A DNA stretch of 64,000 nucleotides. Source: Oligoflexia bacterium. GTDB lineage: Bacteria > Bdellovibrionota > UBA1018 > CAIPTA01. Numbering within the stretch: position 1 is the first letter of the stretch; every line of letters begins with the position of its first letter. The stretch covers positions 38,092-102,091 of the forward strand of contig JAMLID010000005.1 in NCBI GenBank assembly GCA_023954355.1. The letters are read 5' to 3'. The translations under genes and the position numbers were made by a program. Of this stretch, positions 10,035 through 20,345 are shown in pieces. A model generated the notes under the pieces. It saw nothing but the letters and a program-made list of their open reading frames with translations, had not been told where the DNA came from and did no database searches.

Positions 10035-10732
10035 AGACATATCAAGCACTAAGCTACAATATTCATAAAGGAGTTCCTCCCTTTGGGCTTAAGTCAGATA
10101 TTAGTAAAATTAAACAAGCACTTAAGACGCTGCCGATTGATTTTTTGTGCGTACAAGAAATCGTAGGAGAAAAAATTAAAAGCTCAACGAAAATAGAAAG
10201 GCAGCTTGAAGAGCTGGCCGACAAATACTGGACTCACCATAGCTATGGAAAAAATGCCGTTTTTCCCAACCGGCATCATGGAAACGCAATTCTCTCTTCT
10301 TATCCAATTTCTGAGTCAACTAACATAAACCTCTCTCAGCATCCATTAGAACAAAGAGGTTTTTTGCATACCGTAATTCCTATAGAAGAAAATAACTTTC
10401 ACTTATGTACAACTCACTTAGACTTATTGCCCATCACGAGAAATCAACAATACCTTGCGATTCTCGAATATTTAAAAACTCTCCCTGAAGAAGATCCCCT
10501 GCTGATAGTTGGTGATTTCAATGAAGTCTTTGATGAAGACTTAGAGATTTTTAAAACTATTGGATTAAGAGAACAAAGAAAACCCAGCTTTCCCTCGTTC
10601 TTCCCTACTTTCCCTCTAGATCGATGCCTCTTTCGCCACCTAAATATCCAGCAAATACAAATACTAGAAGGTAGACCTTGGAGCCAGCTATCGGACCACT
10701 TACCTTTAGTTGTTCCATTTCAATTTTCTTAA
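10031..10732 (+). CDS. Endonuclease/exonuclease/phosphatase (EEP) family protein, YbhP-like.
   Basis: YNIHKG near the N-terminus, and GDFNE..SDHLP C-terminal EEP motifs. It overlaps the upstream PLD gene with an ATGA overlap. Confidence 0.7.
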   Translation: MKTYQALSYNIHKGVPPFGLKSDISKIKQALKTLPIDFLCVQEIVGEKIKSSTKIERQLEELADKYWTHHSYGKNAVFPNRHHGNAILSSYPISESTNINLSQHPLEQRGFLHTVIPIEENNFHLCTTHLDLLPITRNQQYLAILEYLKTLPEEDPLLIVGDFNEVFDEDLEIFKTIGLREQRKPSFPSFFPTFPLDRCLFRHLNIQQIQILEGRPWSQLSDHLPLVVPFQFS

Positions 10733-10893
10733 GTGTCATAGCAATTTTTTAAACCCTGCGACACAATAAAAAAACACATAAAATCAATTAGTTAAATCAT
10801 TTTATCCTCAGGGCTTTTTGCTTGCCTAGACTAAATCACTCCATTACACTGATTCTTGTTTCAAGCACAGCGAGCAGAAGAAGGTGGGGAAAA

Positions 10894-13800
10894 ATGCAGG
10901 TTCGACGTTTAGAGCTTCAAGGATTTAAATCATTTAAAGACAAAACAGTCATCCATTTTGAAGATGGAATCACAGGAATCGTTGGACCTAATGGTTGTGG
11001 AAAATCAAACGTAGTCGATGCTTTTTTCTGGGTTATGGGAGAACAAAATGCCCGTCACCTTAGAGGGCAATCAATGGATGATTTGATCTTTAGTGGTGCA
11101 GACAAAGCACCTCCTGCGAGCTGGGCAGAAGTAACCATGGTCTTAGACATGCCATCAGACTTAAGTGGTCCAAATGCTCCTGCAGGTGCGAGCCTAGCTG
11201 ACCCCAGCTTAGATGGAAAACTTCCTACCAGAGAAGTAGCAATCACTAGACGACTCTATAGAACTGGTGAAAGTGATTATTTTATTAATAAAAATCCATG
11301 TCGCCTTAGAGATATCCAAGAGTTGTTTATGGATACCGGAGTAGGTGCTCGTGGCTATAGTATTATCCAGCAAGGGATGATTGCAAAAATTGTTCAAGCA
11401 AAACCCGAAGACCGAAGAACAATGATCGAAGAAGTTGCTGGAATCGTAAAATACAAAGCTCGCCGAAAAGAATCTATGCGCAAGCTTGAGTACACAAACC
11501 AAAATCTTTTACGAGTAACTGATGTTATCAATGAGCTTGAGATACAGAAAAAGCAAATGGAACGTCAGGCTGAGAAAGCAAAAAAATATAAAGAGTGGAA
11601 CGATAGGCTGCAACAAATCGAAGTTCAATTCAATGCTTTGAAATGGCAAGATGCAACCTTAAAACAAGGAAGCATCAATAACGAGATCACCGCTCTATCT
11701 GCCGAAGATGCCACATTAACAACGGCTCGCGAAACTGCTGAAACAGAGATCTCACAAAAAAGACTTGAGCTAGCGCAGGCATCAAACGTATCTGAAGAAT
11801 TTCAAAAAGCTTGGATGGAAGCTGGAAAAAAACTTAACGATGCAGAAAACGACTTAAAATATTCACAGAAGAATCTAGATGATAGTAAAAACGCCCAAGA
11901 ACAATTACAAAAAAATCTTCTCGAAGAAGAGAACTTAGTAGCTGAAGTAAATGCTTTACACGAGGCAATCCTTGCAGAAACAGAAAGCTTAACCCAAGAC
12001 CTTCAAGCTGCTGAAGAAAAGAAGTCTACCCTAGAAACATCTTTACTAGAGAAAAAACATCTATTAGATAGCGAGCTTAAATCATTAGAAGCTGCCAAAA
12101 AAAGCGTTTATCAAAATGAATCTGAGAGAGAAAAAACAAAAAACAAAATCGATTTCGCTAAAGAACGTATACAAATAGCTTTAGAACGCCTTTCTTCTTT
12201 CGAAACAGAAAAAGCGCAAATTGATGCTACTTACGAAGATTTAACTAATGAACTTAACTCTGCCTCAAGCGAAGTAGAACAAGTACGTCTTAAAATTCAA
12301 AACAACAAAGAAAACCAATTAAAGCTAGCTGAAGAATTGGCTATAAAAAACAAAACGCTTTCAGAAGAAAGAAAAGAAAAAAATGAGCTTAACTCTAACC
12401 TTGCTAGAGCTAAGACAACTTTAGAGACCCTTGAAGAGCAAAAAAGACGACATGATGGTGCCTCTAAAGGGGTAAAATCTATTTTCCAAAAATATTTAGC
12501 TGAAAAACCCGAGCTAGCAAATTCAATCAAAGGAACAGTAAGTGACTTTCTTACTGTGCAAAATGGCTTAGAAACCGCAGTAGAAGCTATTTTAGGAAAA
12601 TATGTCGACTTGGTCGTAGGTACTGACTCTCATACACTAGAAACTATCAGTACAAAGCTTCGTGAAGACAGTTCAGGTCGCGCTGCTTTTCTAAATCTAT
12701 CAGAGTCTCTGGCGCAACCAGAGATGATCTCTTCTATTCAGTGCCCAGAAGAACACCAAGCAGATTATATGGGATCATTTTATGACCTGTTTGAACTCAG
12801 CCTTTCTGGTTTAAAAGAGCATTTACAAAACTTATTAGGCCCCGTTTTTGTTACAAAAAATAGTGAAACAGCTAAAGCACTAGCGACTACTAATCCTAGA
12901 GCCACTTTCGTTTCTACTACAGGGGAAATTTGCCGTGGTAATTGGTATTTAGAGGGTGGTGATCAATCAACCATTTCTGGTGCTAGTGTAACCAGAGTAC
13001 GCGAAATAGAGTCACTGCAAGCTCAAGTGCAAGAACTAGAAAACTCAATTCTAAGTAAACAAGAACTTATTACAGAACTAGAAATGCAGATTTTAGCTTT
13101 AAACGAGCAAAATAATGAGTATGCAGGCACTCTGCAAAACGCTCAAAGCGAACTCACGAATGCATCATCTAAGCAAGCCACTCTTCAAGCTCGCAAAAAT
13201 GAATTTGATAAAACACTAAATAAAATTGCTCAAGAAGGCCAAAAGCTGAATGACGATTTAAATCGCTTTAGAACAGAAGAAACCGATGCTCACTCTATAC
13301 TGGATAAGCTAATTTCTTCGGAAAGCGAACTAATTCAAGAAGTCACAAGGCTTGAAGCAATCGTGCAAGAAAGAAATACAGAGCTTGAAACTCTCTCTAA
13401 AGAAACAGTGGATTCTCGCGTACGATTTCAAAACCTAAATGACCAAAAGCTGTCTATTGACAGACGACTCTCTCAAAGCGAAACAAATTTGCGCCAGAAC
13501 CGTAATCGCTTAGACAGCACTCGCCATCAAATTCAAGTAAAGCAAGAAGAACAAAAAATAACAGAAGAAAAAATCCAAGAAATTAGCGGCCAGCTTGATG
13601 CATTACGCTCATCACTAATCGATAGCGAATCTACCTACAGACAAGCAAAAGAACGATATGACTTACTCAACCACGAAGTTGAAGAGCTTAGATCAGCTGC
13701 CCAAGGCTTTGCTTCTAACGAAAGAGCCCTAAAAGATCGCTTGTTAGACAAACGACTTGAGCAACAAAAAGTTGAAGGTGAGTTAGAGTCTCTTAATCAA

Positions 13801-14553
13801 AATACCTTTGAACGCTATGGGCTTGTTCTTGCTGAGTACTGCGTAATGCCTGAGGTCTTAGAGCTCATCCAAGCCTTACGTGATTCTGGAGAGATCGCCA
13901 TTCAAGAAACGCAAAACGAAGTACACTTGCTTAGAGAAAAAATTCGAAAACTTGGCCCAGTAAATCATGCAGCAGTAGAAGAATACGACGCTATCGTAGA
14001 GCGCTATAATCTACTTTCTACGCAGAAAGCCGACCTCGAAGTGGCGATGGCCGACCTACAAACCACTGTTGATAAAATAAACTTTGTGTCTAAAGAGCGC
14101 TTTGAGCGTGCCTTTACTGAAGTAAACACACACTTCAAGAAAGTCTTCCCTGTGATCTTTGGCGGAGGTCATGCTCATTTGACCTTGACGAATCCTGAAG
14201 ACTTATTAGAAACGGGCGTAGACATTACGGCTCAGCCTCCAGGTAAAAAAGCACAAAACATTAACCTACTCTCTGGAGGAGAAAAAACGCTTACCGCAAT
14301 TAGCTTACTCTTCTCTATTTTCTTGGTTAAGCCAAGTCCGTTCTGTCTACTTGACGAGGTGGATGCACCACTTGATGATGCAAACATCGGACGCTTCAAT
14401 GCTCTTTTACGAGAAATGTCGAAGCGCTCTCAGTTCATCATCATTACCCACAATAAGCGCACTATGGAGCTTAACGATAAGCTCTATGGCGTTACCATGG
14501 AAGACGCGGGTATTTCTAAGATGGTTAGTATCCAGTTGAGCGCAAACGTTTAA
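10894..14553 (+). CDS. smc: Chromosome segregation protein SMC.
   Basis: MQVRRLELQGFKSF..GPNGCGKSN Walker A, long coiled coils with a hinge, and C-terminal LSGGEKTLTAISLLFSIF..LDEVDAPLD. A strong RBS (AAGGTGGGG) is present. Confidence 0.9.
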   Translation: MQVRRLELQGFKSFKDKTVIHFEDGITGIVGPNGCGKSNVVDAFFWVMGEQNARHLRGQSMDDLIFSGADKAPPASWAEVTMVLDMPSDLSGPNAPAGASLADPSLDGKLPTREVAITRRLYRTGESDYFINKNPCRLRDIQELFMDTGVGARGYSIIQQGMIAKIVQAKPEDRRTMIEEVAGIVKYKARRKESMRKLEYTNQNLLRVTDVINELEIQKKQMERQAEKAKKYKEWNDRLQQIEVQFNALKWQDATLKQGSINNEITALSAEDATLTTARETAETEISQKRLELAQASNVSEEFQKAWMEAGKKLNDAENDLKYSQKNLDDSKNAQEQLQKNLLEEENLVAEVNALHEAILAETESLTQDLQAAEEKKSTLETSLLEKKHLLDSELKSLEAAKKSVYQNESEREKTKNKIDFAKERIQIALERLSSFETEKAQIDATYEDLTNELNSASSEVEQVRLKIQNNKENQLKLAEELAIKNKTLSEERKEKNELNSNLARAKTTLETLEEQKRRHDGASKGVKSIFQKYLAEKPELANSIKGTVSDFLTVQNGLETAVEAILGKYVDLVVGTDSHTLETISTKLREDSSGRAAFLNLSESLAQPEMISSIQCPEEHQADYMGSFYDLFELSLSGLKEHLQNLLGPVFVTKNSETAKALATTNPRATFVSTTGEICRGNWYLEGGDQSTISGASVTRVREIESLQAQVQELENSILSKQELITELEMQILALNEQNNEYAGTLQNAQSELTNASSKQATLQARKNEFDKTLNKIAQEGQKLNDDLNRFRTEETDAHSILDKLISSESELIQEVTRLEAIVQERNTELETLSKETVDSRVRFQNLNDQKLSIDRRLSQSETNLRQNRNRLDSTRHQIQVKQEEQKITEEKIQEISGQLDALRSSLIDSESTYRQAKERYDLLNHEVEELRSAAQGFASNERALKDRLLDKRLEQQKVEGELESLNQNTFERYGLVLAEYCVMPEVLELIQALRDSGEIAIQETQNEVHLLREKIRKLGPVNHAAVEEYDAIVERYNLLSTQKADLEVAMADLQTTVDKINFVSKERFERAFTEVNTHFKKVFPVIFGGGHAHLTLTNPEDLLETGVDITAQPPGKKAQNINLLSGGEKTLTAISLLFSIFLVKPSPFCLLDEVDAPLDDANIGRFNALLREMSKRSQFIIITHNKRTMELNDKLYGVTMEDAGISKMVSIQLSANV

Positions 14554-14758
14554 TTGCTCTGCTCGCATATTACACTTTGCTAGCAACTTAGTAGAGGAAG
14601 TGGTGTGCTAGTTTTTAAAACCTATAGGCGCTAAAGAGTTTTTTAGAGCCTCCATATATTTTTTAATCAATAAAATCAAATACTTAACCTCTATTATTTT
14701 TTCTTCCACTCATTCAAGCTTTTTTCCCCTATGGTCGATGAAGCGGTACCACGGGGGA

Positions 14759-15259
14759 ATGTCTAGCAATGAAGCCGGACATGCAAAATATTTTTTGAAA
14801 AACCGATTGCTTAAACTTAGCCAAATATTCACTCTAGCTATCACGCTAGTAGTATTCCCCAGCACAGCACTCTCAGCCTCTGACTTGAATGTCTGCGCCC
14901 CTCTTGCACAAAATATCGAATCTATAAAAGTACTCTTAGAACTCTCTAGTAGACGCAATATGGACTGGATGGAGATTGAAACCAAAATAAACTCCCTTGC
15001 CAGTAGCTGTGAAAATAAAAGCACTACTCTATCAGGAGCCAAGCAAGAACTAAAAGCACTCGAACCTAGAATGGAAAGCTTTTCTAAAATTCACAAAATA
15101 CTAGTGATCCAGGTTCCCTTTGTTCAATCTCGCCTTATCGATTTAGCAGAAAAAAAATGCTCTAAAGAACTAGAATCTTTTGGCATAGAACTTAAGCAAG
15201 CACCTGAAAAGCTTCAGGTCCTAAAAGCAACACTCGCTAAAAGTTGTGGCGGTGTCTAA
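14759..15259 (+). CDS. Hypothetical protein, possibly exported.
   Basis: ORF with a GGGGGAA RBS and a hydrophobic segment IFTLAITLVVFPSTALSA. There is no recognisable domain. An antisense ORF (14710-15042) overlaps it. Confidence 0.4.
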   Translation: MSSNEAGHAKYFLKNRLLKLSQIFTLAITLVVFPSTALSASDLNVCAPLAQNIESIKVLLELSSRRNMDWMEIETKINSLASSCENKSTTLSGAKQELKALEPRMESFSKIHKILVIQVPFVQSRLIDLAEKKCSKELESFGIELKQAPEKLQVLKATLAKSCGGV

Positions 15260-15330
15260 AAAGCTTCTCTCAAAATAAAGCGCAAAAAAAAGCCCCAGCA
15301 ACGACGCATTACTGGAGCTCTTTTAGAAAA

Positions 15331-15858
15331 TTAAATACGACAAAAGTCTGCTGACTTCTCTAATGCTGAGCGATTGCTATATCCATCTGCTTTATAGCGA
15401 TTGTAAGCCTCATCAATACAACCTAAATCTCTCTCGCTTAAGTTATGACTCATTTCTAAAGCTTTTGTAAGTGACGATGAATTCGAGTAACCGTCTTTTG
15501 TTAATCCAGCATAAAAATACTTAATCACCTCAATCGAAGCGCCTAATGATCTTGCTTGTGAGCAATAGGTTTTTGCTTTTTCTAAAGAAGATGAATTTGA
15601 GTAACCATCTTTTCTATAAGATTCATAAGCAAAATCCATGCACTCTCTTGGGTTCACTACCTCACCTCTAAGAGTAGAAAGAGCTTTCTCTAAATCAAAT
15701 TTTACAGAATCAAGAATCGCAGGATTTTGATCATAATATCTAAGTTCGAGATCGATTCTGTTCAATAAATCGTACAAATCAGCTTTATTCGCAGCGTTTG
15801 CGAAAGATGCTGGTAAAAAACTAGTTAACAATAATGCTCCAATGGCAAATAACTTCAT
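15331..15858 (-). CDS. Secreted protein with three tandem ~38-aa Cys-framed repeats (KDGYSNSSSLEKA).
   Basis: Signal peptide MKLFAIGALLLTSFLPASFANA. Repeats are C-x-DFAYESYRKDGYSNSSSLEKAKTY-C, ...AGLTKDGYSNSSSLTKALE..., and C-IDEAYNRYKADGYSNRSALEKSADF-C. A GGGAGG RBS is present. The stop of the upstream EEP gene abuts it. Confidence 0.65.
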   Translation of the reverse strand: MKLFAIGALLLTSFLPASFANAANKADLYDLLNRIDLELRYYDQNPAILDSVKFDLEKALSTLRGEVVNPRECMDFAYESYRKDGYSNSSSLEKAKTYCSQARSLGASIEVIKYFYAGLTKDGYSNSSSLTKALEMSHNLSERDLGCIDEAYNRYKADGYSNRSALEKSADFCRI

Positions 15859-15871
15859 GGTTCCTCCCTTA

Positions 15872-16687
15872 TTACTTTAGTTCTACTAAAATTCCTGCGT
15901 GATCAGACAACCAAAGACCATTTCTCTCATGGTCTAGCACTACAGTTGCTTCTGCTGAAAGCCTTCCAAACTCTAAGGCCCAATCAATTGTTTTCGACGG
16001 TATATTTTCACCATAAATTCTGCGAATCGGATTAAACGCACCAACAGTGGGTTTTTTCACCTTAAAAGAAGATTTTAATCCATGAGAAAACAATACTCTC
16101 ATCTCTTCTGTATCATCATCAGCATTAAAGTCGCCCAAAACCAACCAGCGATTACATAGAGATTGCTGTTGTCTTAGGTAGTTTACGATCCAATCTGCTT
16201 CTTTTACGCGCACAGCAGAATTCTGATAGCTTAAATGAAGAGATAAAAGCCCTAAACAGTCCGTCTCTGTTTTCCAAATTGCACCTTGCACTCGGCGATC
16301 TACTCCACCGTCGAAGAAAAATTTCTCGTGTATCCATTTAAGAGGCTTTTCTTTAGCACCTATCCAGTATCCATAAGACTCGCCATCTGCCCCTGTCATT
16401 TCGTGCAGATAGTTTTGATAAGGATACAGCTTTAGGATATGCGAACTATCTTTGCTGCTTGTATAGTTTTCGGTCCCTTGGGCTTCTTGAAAAACAACCA
16501 CATCTGGCAGAACCTCATGAATATAAGAAGAAAGTTCTTTTATCCGCTTTTCTCGAAAAGTACTTTCCCACTTTCCCTGTAACTGATCAAAAACATTCAG
16601 ATTAAATACCTTCGTAGGCAAAGCAGATGCAGACCATATGGGTTGTAATAAATAAAGAAGAGAAAATGTGCGGATAATTTTGTTCAT
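15872..16687 (-). CDS. Secreted endonuclease/exonuclease/phosphatase (EEP, sphingomyelinase/nuclease-like) family protein.
   Basis: Signal peptide MNKIIRTFSLLYLLQPIWSASA. EEP motifs LGDFNADDD..SDHAGILVELK. Confidence 0.65.
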   Translation of the reverse strand: MNKIIRTFSLLYLLQPIWSASALPTKVFNLNVFDQLQGKWESTFREKRIKELSSYIHEVLPDVVVFQEAQGTENYTSSKDSSHILKLYPYQNYLHEMTGADGESYGYWIGAKEKPLKWIHEKFFFDGGVDRRVQGAIWKTETDCLGLLSLHLSYQNSAVRVKEADWIVNYLRQQQSLCNRWLVLGDFNADDDTEEMRVLFSHGLKSSFKVKKPTVGAFNPIRRIYGENIPSKTIDWALEFGRLSAEATVVLDHERNGLWLSDHAGILVELK

Positions 16688-16747
16688 AGGCACTTCTACC
16701 CTGTGAATCCTGAAGGCAACAAGAAAAAATTTTGCTATGATAGTGTT

Positions 16748-17455
16748 ATGAAAAAGAATACACACAAAAGTTGCGCATCATTATTTTTCACAATCTCTAT
16801 TAGCTTTTTATTCGCGAGCACTGGAATCAGCGCACAAAAATCTCCCTCTGCAACAAAAGTAAATTTTTCTTTCGCGAAGTTCCAAAAAAAATTTGCGAAT
16901 ACAGGTTCTGTAGATGCCCATTTTGAACAAGAAGTATATCAAGCAGCCCTCGCCCAAACAAAAAGCTCAAAAGGAACACTTTTATTATCTAAGCCTGGTT
17001 ATATTCGGTGGGAGATTATAGAGCCCGATAAAAACCTAATGGTCTCTGATGGTCTAAAATTATACTACTACAATCCCGAAGCCGGCGTAGAAGGAAAAGG
17101 ACAGGTCATTATACGTTCTGCTAAAGAAATCGAACGCCAGCCTATCTACCGCATTCTCACTGGTAAAGTAGATCTTAAAGCTGATTTTAAAGTGCTTAAA
17201 ATGGAAGAAAAACCTCTTCTCTCTAATTCTAAAGAAATGACCTATTGGATAGAACTAGAACCCAAAAAGGCTGAAGCTGGCCTAGCGAAAATTCAGCTAA
17301 CAATTCTCAAAAATTATGAGCTACATGAGCTAATTTCTGAGAATTCCGGGGGAAACCGCACACGAATCACCTTGCAAAAAATGACGCTCGGGGATAAATT
17401 GCCAAAAAATTTGTTCCAATTTAAACCCCCAGAAGGAGCCGAGCTCCTTAAATAA
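16748..17455 (+). CDS. lolA: Outer-membrane lipoprotein carrier protein LolA.
   Basis: Signal peptide, then ..F.Q...A......G.L.L.KPG..RWE....D....VSDG..L..Y.P, which is the LolA signature. Confidence 0.7.
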   Translation: MKKNTHKSCASLFFTISISFLFASTGISAQKSPSATKVNFSFAKFQKKFANTGSVDAHFEQEVYQAALAQTKSSKGTLLLSKPGYIRWEIIEPDKNLMVSDGLKLYYYNPEAGVEGKGQVIIRSAKEIERQPIYRILTGKVDLKADFKVLKMEEKPLLSNSKEMTYWIELEPKKAEAGLAKIQLTILKNYELHELISENSGGNRTRITLQKMTLGDKLPKNLFQFKPPEGAELLK

Positions 17456-17469
17456 AAATGAGGTAAACA

Positions 17470-17961
17470 ATGCCATCTTTCGACGTTGTTTCAGAAGTGA
17501 ATTTGCAAGAAATCGACAATGCGGTAAACCAGACCAATAAAGAAATTTCTCAGCGCTACGATTTCAAAGGATCTAAAACAAATTTAGAGTGGAAAGCAAA
17601 AGAGAAGCAAATCATCATCGTTGCCGATGATGATTATAAGCTTACAGCGGCTACTGATATTTTGCAGTCTAAGCTTGTGAAACGCTCTATCCCTTTAAAA
17701 AACCTTAAATATAAGACAATTGAGCAAGCAACGGGTGGACAAGTTCGACAAGCAATAGAGATTCAACAAGGCCTTGATAAAGAAGCCTCAAAAAAAATCA
17801 CGCAAAAAATTAAAGATTCAAAATTAAAAGTGCAAGCACAAATTATGGAAGATCAAGTTCGTGTTAGCTCAAAAAGTATTGATGACTTACAAGCAACTAT
17901 TAGCTTGTTAAAATCAGCTGATATTGAATTGGGTCTACAATTTGTAAATATGCGAAACTAA
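17470..17961 (+). CDS. yajQ: YajQ-family nucleotide (c-di-GMP)-binding protein (UPF0234).
   Basis: [32 protein letters not shown] is the canonical YajQ N-terminus. Confidence 0.85.
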   Translation: MPSFDVVSEVNLQEIDNAVNQTNKEISQRYDFKGSKTNLEWKAKEKQIIIVADDDYKLTAATDILQSKLVKRSIPLKNLKYKTIEQATGGQVRQAIEIQQGLDKEASKKITQKIKDSKLKVQAQIMEDQVRVSSKSIDDLQATISLLKSADIELGLQFVNMRN

Positions 17962-17964
17962 TCC

Positions 17965-19359
17965 ATGACAACCAAGCTTAACCCAGAAAAAATAAATCAC
18001 TCAAACACGCTTCAATCTAGTGTGTACTTTGTTTCGCTCGGTTGCCCCAAAAACCTTGTCGATTCACAAGTAATGCTAGGATTGCTCAAGTCAAACAAGT
18101 TTCAAATCACAGAAGAAGCAGAAACTGCTGATACTATAATTATCAACACCTGCTCTTTTATCGATTCTGCTAAAAAAGAATCTATTGATACCATTTTTGA
18201 AATGTCTCGCTTTCGAGAAGAGGGAGCACTAAAAAATTTAGTCGTGAGCGGCTGCATGGTTCAGCGTTACGCTAAAGAGCTTGAAGTTGAAATGCCTGAA
18301 GTTGACCTTTTTATTGGAACAGGTGAATACCACCGCGTAGTTGAGCTTTTACAGAAAAAAGCTCTTGGTAAACTTAAAACGAAAACATTTGTAGATATCC
18401 CTACCTTCATCCATACAGCCGAAACTCCAAGAATCAACACAGGGCTTAACCACTCGGCATTTCTGAAAATTTCTGAGGGTTGTGTACGTAACTGCTCTTT
18501 TTGTATTATTCCTGAATTACGTGGCCACAAAGTACGTTCTCGATCAGTAGACTCATTAGTATCTGAAGCAAAAAAGCTAGTATCAGATGGAGTAAAAGAA
18601 CTGAATCTGGTAGCGCAAGATCTCACTCACTATGGCATTGACAATAATTATAATGAGACATTAGCCGATTTACTCAGAGCGCTGGTACAAATTAAAGATT
18701 TACATTGGATTCGATTACACTACGCTTACCCAGATAACTTCACCGACGAAGTGATTGACATTATCGCTAAAGAAGAAAAAATTGTTAAATATTTAGATAT
18801 GCCCATTCAATATGGTGACGACAAAGTATTAAAACTGATGAATCGAAGAATCACCACTCAACAAATTCGCGAACGTATTGAGTCTCTTCGAAAAAAATGT
18901 CCAGAAATGGTGTTTAGAACAAATATTATTGTTGGTCACCCTGGAGAAACAGAAGAGAGTTACCAAAATACGAAACAATTTTTAGCTGACCTTGAGTTAG
19001 ATCATGTCGGTGTTTTTAAATATTCTTTAGAAGAAGGTACCCCGTCTTTTAGACTAGCTGAGAAAATTGGCTCTGTTCCAGAAGAACAAAGCCAAAAAAG
19101 ATATAATGAACTTATGGAGCTGCAACAGTCTATTTCGTGGAAAAAAAATAAAGCCATGGTAGGAAAAACCATATACGTACTAGTAGAAGGACTATCGAGA
19201 GAAAGTGATCTCTTACTTCAAGGACGCTGGGCTGGCCAAGCACAAGAAATCGACGGCGTAATTCTAATCAACGATGGAGATGCCAAGGTAGGTGAAATGG
19301 TAAAAGTAGAAATCACCGAAGCACTTCCCTATGATTTATTGGGAAGGATTGTGCCTTGA
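17965..19359 (+). CDS. rimO: Ribosomal protein S12 methylthiotransferase RimO.
   Basis: VYFVSLGCPKNLVDSQ (MTTase N-terminal domain), radical-SAM CxxxCxxC (EGCVRNCSFC), and a TRAM domain. Confidence 0.85.
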   Translation: MTTKLNPEKINHSNTLQSSVYFVSLGCPKNLVDSQVMLGLLKSNKFQITEEAETADTIIINTCSFIDSAKKESIDTIFEMSRFREEGALKNLVVSGCMVQRYAKELEVEMPEVDLFIGTGEYHRVVELLQKKALGKLKTKTFVDIPTFIHTAETPRINTGLNHSAFLKISEGCVRNCSFCIIPELRGHKVRSRSVDSLVSEAKKLVSDGVKELNLVAQDLTHYGIDNNYNETLADLLRALVQIKDLHWIRLHYAYPDNFTDEVIDIIAKEEKIVKYLDMPIQYGDDKVLKLMNRRITTQQIRERIESLRKKCPEMVFRTNIIVGHPGETEESYQNTKQFLADLELDHVGVFKYSLEEGTPSFRLAEKIGSVPEEQSQKRYNELMELQQSISWKKNKAMVGKTIYVLVEGLSRESDLLLQGRWAGQAQEIDGVILINDGDAKVGEMVKVEITEALPYDLLGRIVP

Positions 19360-20327
19360 GCTCATCAGCAGAATCTTTTCGCCAACCACTTCAGCAGAAC
19401 GTAAATGACCCATCTATTTTAGAATATTTAAAATCTTACGGATTTCCTGTTCCTCCAGATATTCGCTATGAGTGGAAAAAAATTGATACCAAAGGTAAAA
19501 AAGACCGAGTAAGCGTTTTTTCTTTATATCTATCACCGATTCATACATTTGGAACAATTGTGTGTGTTCATGGCTTTGGTGAACATAGTGGAAATTATGC
19601 AAACCTAGCGAATGACTTTATTAAAAATCATTATTCAGTTTTATTTATAGACCTAAGGGGACATGGTCTTTCAGAAGGCCCAAGAGGGCATGCTGATCAC
19701 GCGAATACCTATGCCGAAGATCTAGAGACAGCCCTAAATCTTTGGCTGGCCACAAGCATACCAAATCATCCACTGTTTTTATGGGGCCATAGTATGGGCG
19801 CCCTAGCCAGCTTACAACTCATCAGTAGAGAAAAAATCGAGAGAAAGTTTTCTGCTGCTGTACTTACCAGTCCGTTTTTAGGATTCCCTGAAGTTAAAGG
19901 ATTTCAGAAACTTTTATTCAATATGGCTCCACTTATGGGGAAAATCACTCCTACAATGCCTGTTGCTCATAATATATCACCTAAAACACTTTCTCATGAT
20001 GAAGAGTACTTAGCGCTTCGAAACGAAGACCCTTTAATCTCTAAAGTTGCCACACCTCAATGGCTATGCTCTATGAAAACAGCCATTCATGAAATTCATC
20101 AACAGACAAAATCTTTTCAAGAAAAGACTCCTACCTTGCTCTTACTTGCTGGACATGAATTAGTAACAAACCTATCACAATCTAGATCATTCGCCATTGA
20201 AGCTTACATAGGAACAAGACATAAAGTGATTGAGTTTCCTCACTGCTATCACGAATTAGAAAAAGAGCCCTCCATCAGAGATCGCATAGTAAAAGAATCG
20301 ATCTCTTGGATAAACTCGCATAAGTAA
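19356..20327 (+). CDS. Alpha/beta hydrolase (lysophospholipase/monoacylglycerol-lipase-like).
   Basis: VHGFGEHSGNY and the GHSMGA nucleophile elbow. A TTG start is implied. It overlaps rimO by 4 bp. Confidence 0.7.
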   Translation: MSSSAESFRQPLQQNVNDPSILEYLKSYGFPVPPDIRYEWKKIDTKGKKDRVSVFSLYLSPIHTFGTIVCVHGFGEHSGNYANLANDFIKNHYSVLFIDLRGHGLSEGPRGHADHANTYAEDLETALNLWLATSIPNHPLFLWGHSMGALASLQLISREKIERKFSAAVLTSPFLGFPEVKGFQKLLFNMAPLMGKITPTMPVAHNISPKTLSHDEEYLALRNEDPLISKVATPQWLCSMKTAIHEIHQQTKSFQEKTPTLLLLAGHELVTNLSQSRSFAIEAYIGTRHKVIEFPHCYHELEKEPSIRDRIVKESISWINSHK

Positions 20328-20345
20328 GCTGCACGGCTACGAAAA

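Noticed and set aside
14554-14640. Possible terminator after smc (CTAGCA...TGCTAG, then TTTTT).
   Set aside because: 6-bp stem with a 20-nt loop. It is marginal and is not listed as a feature.
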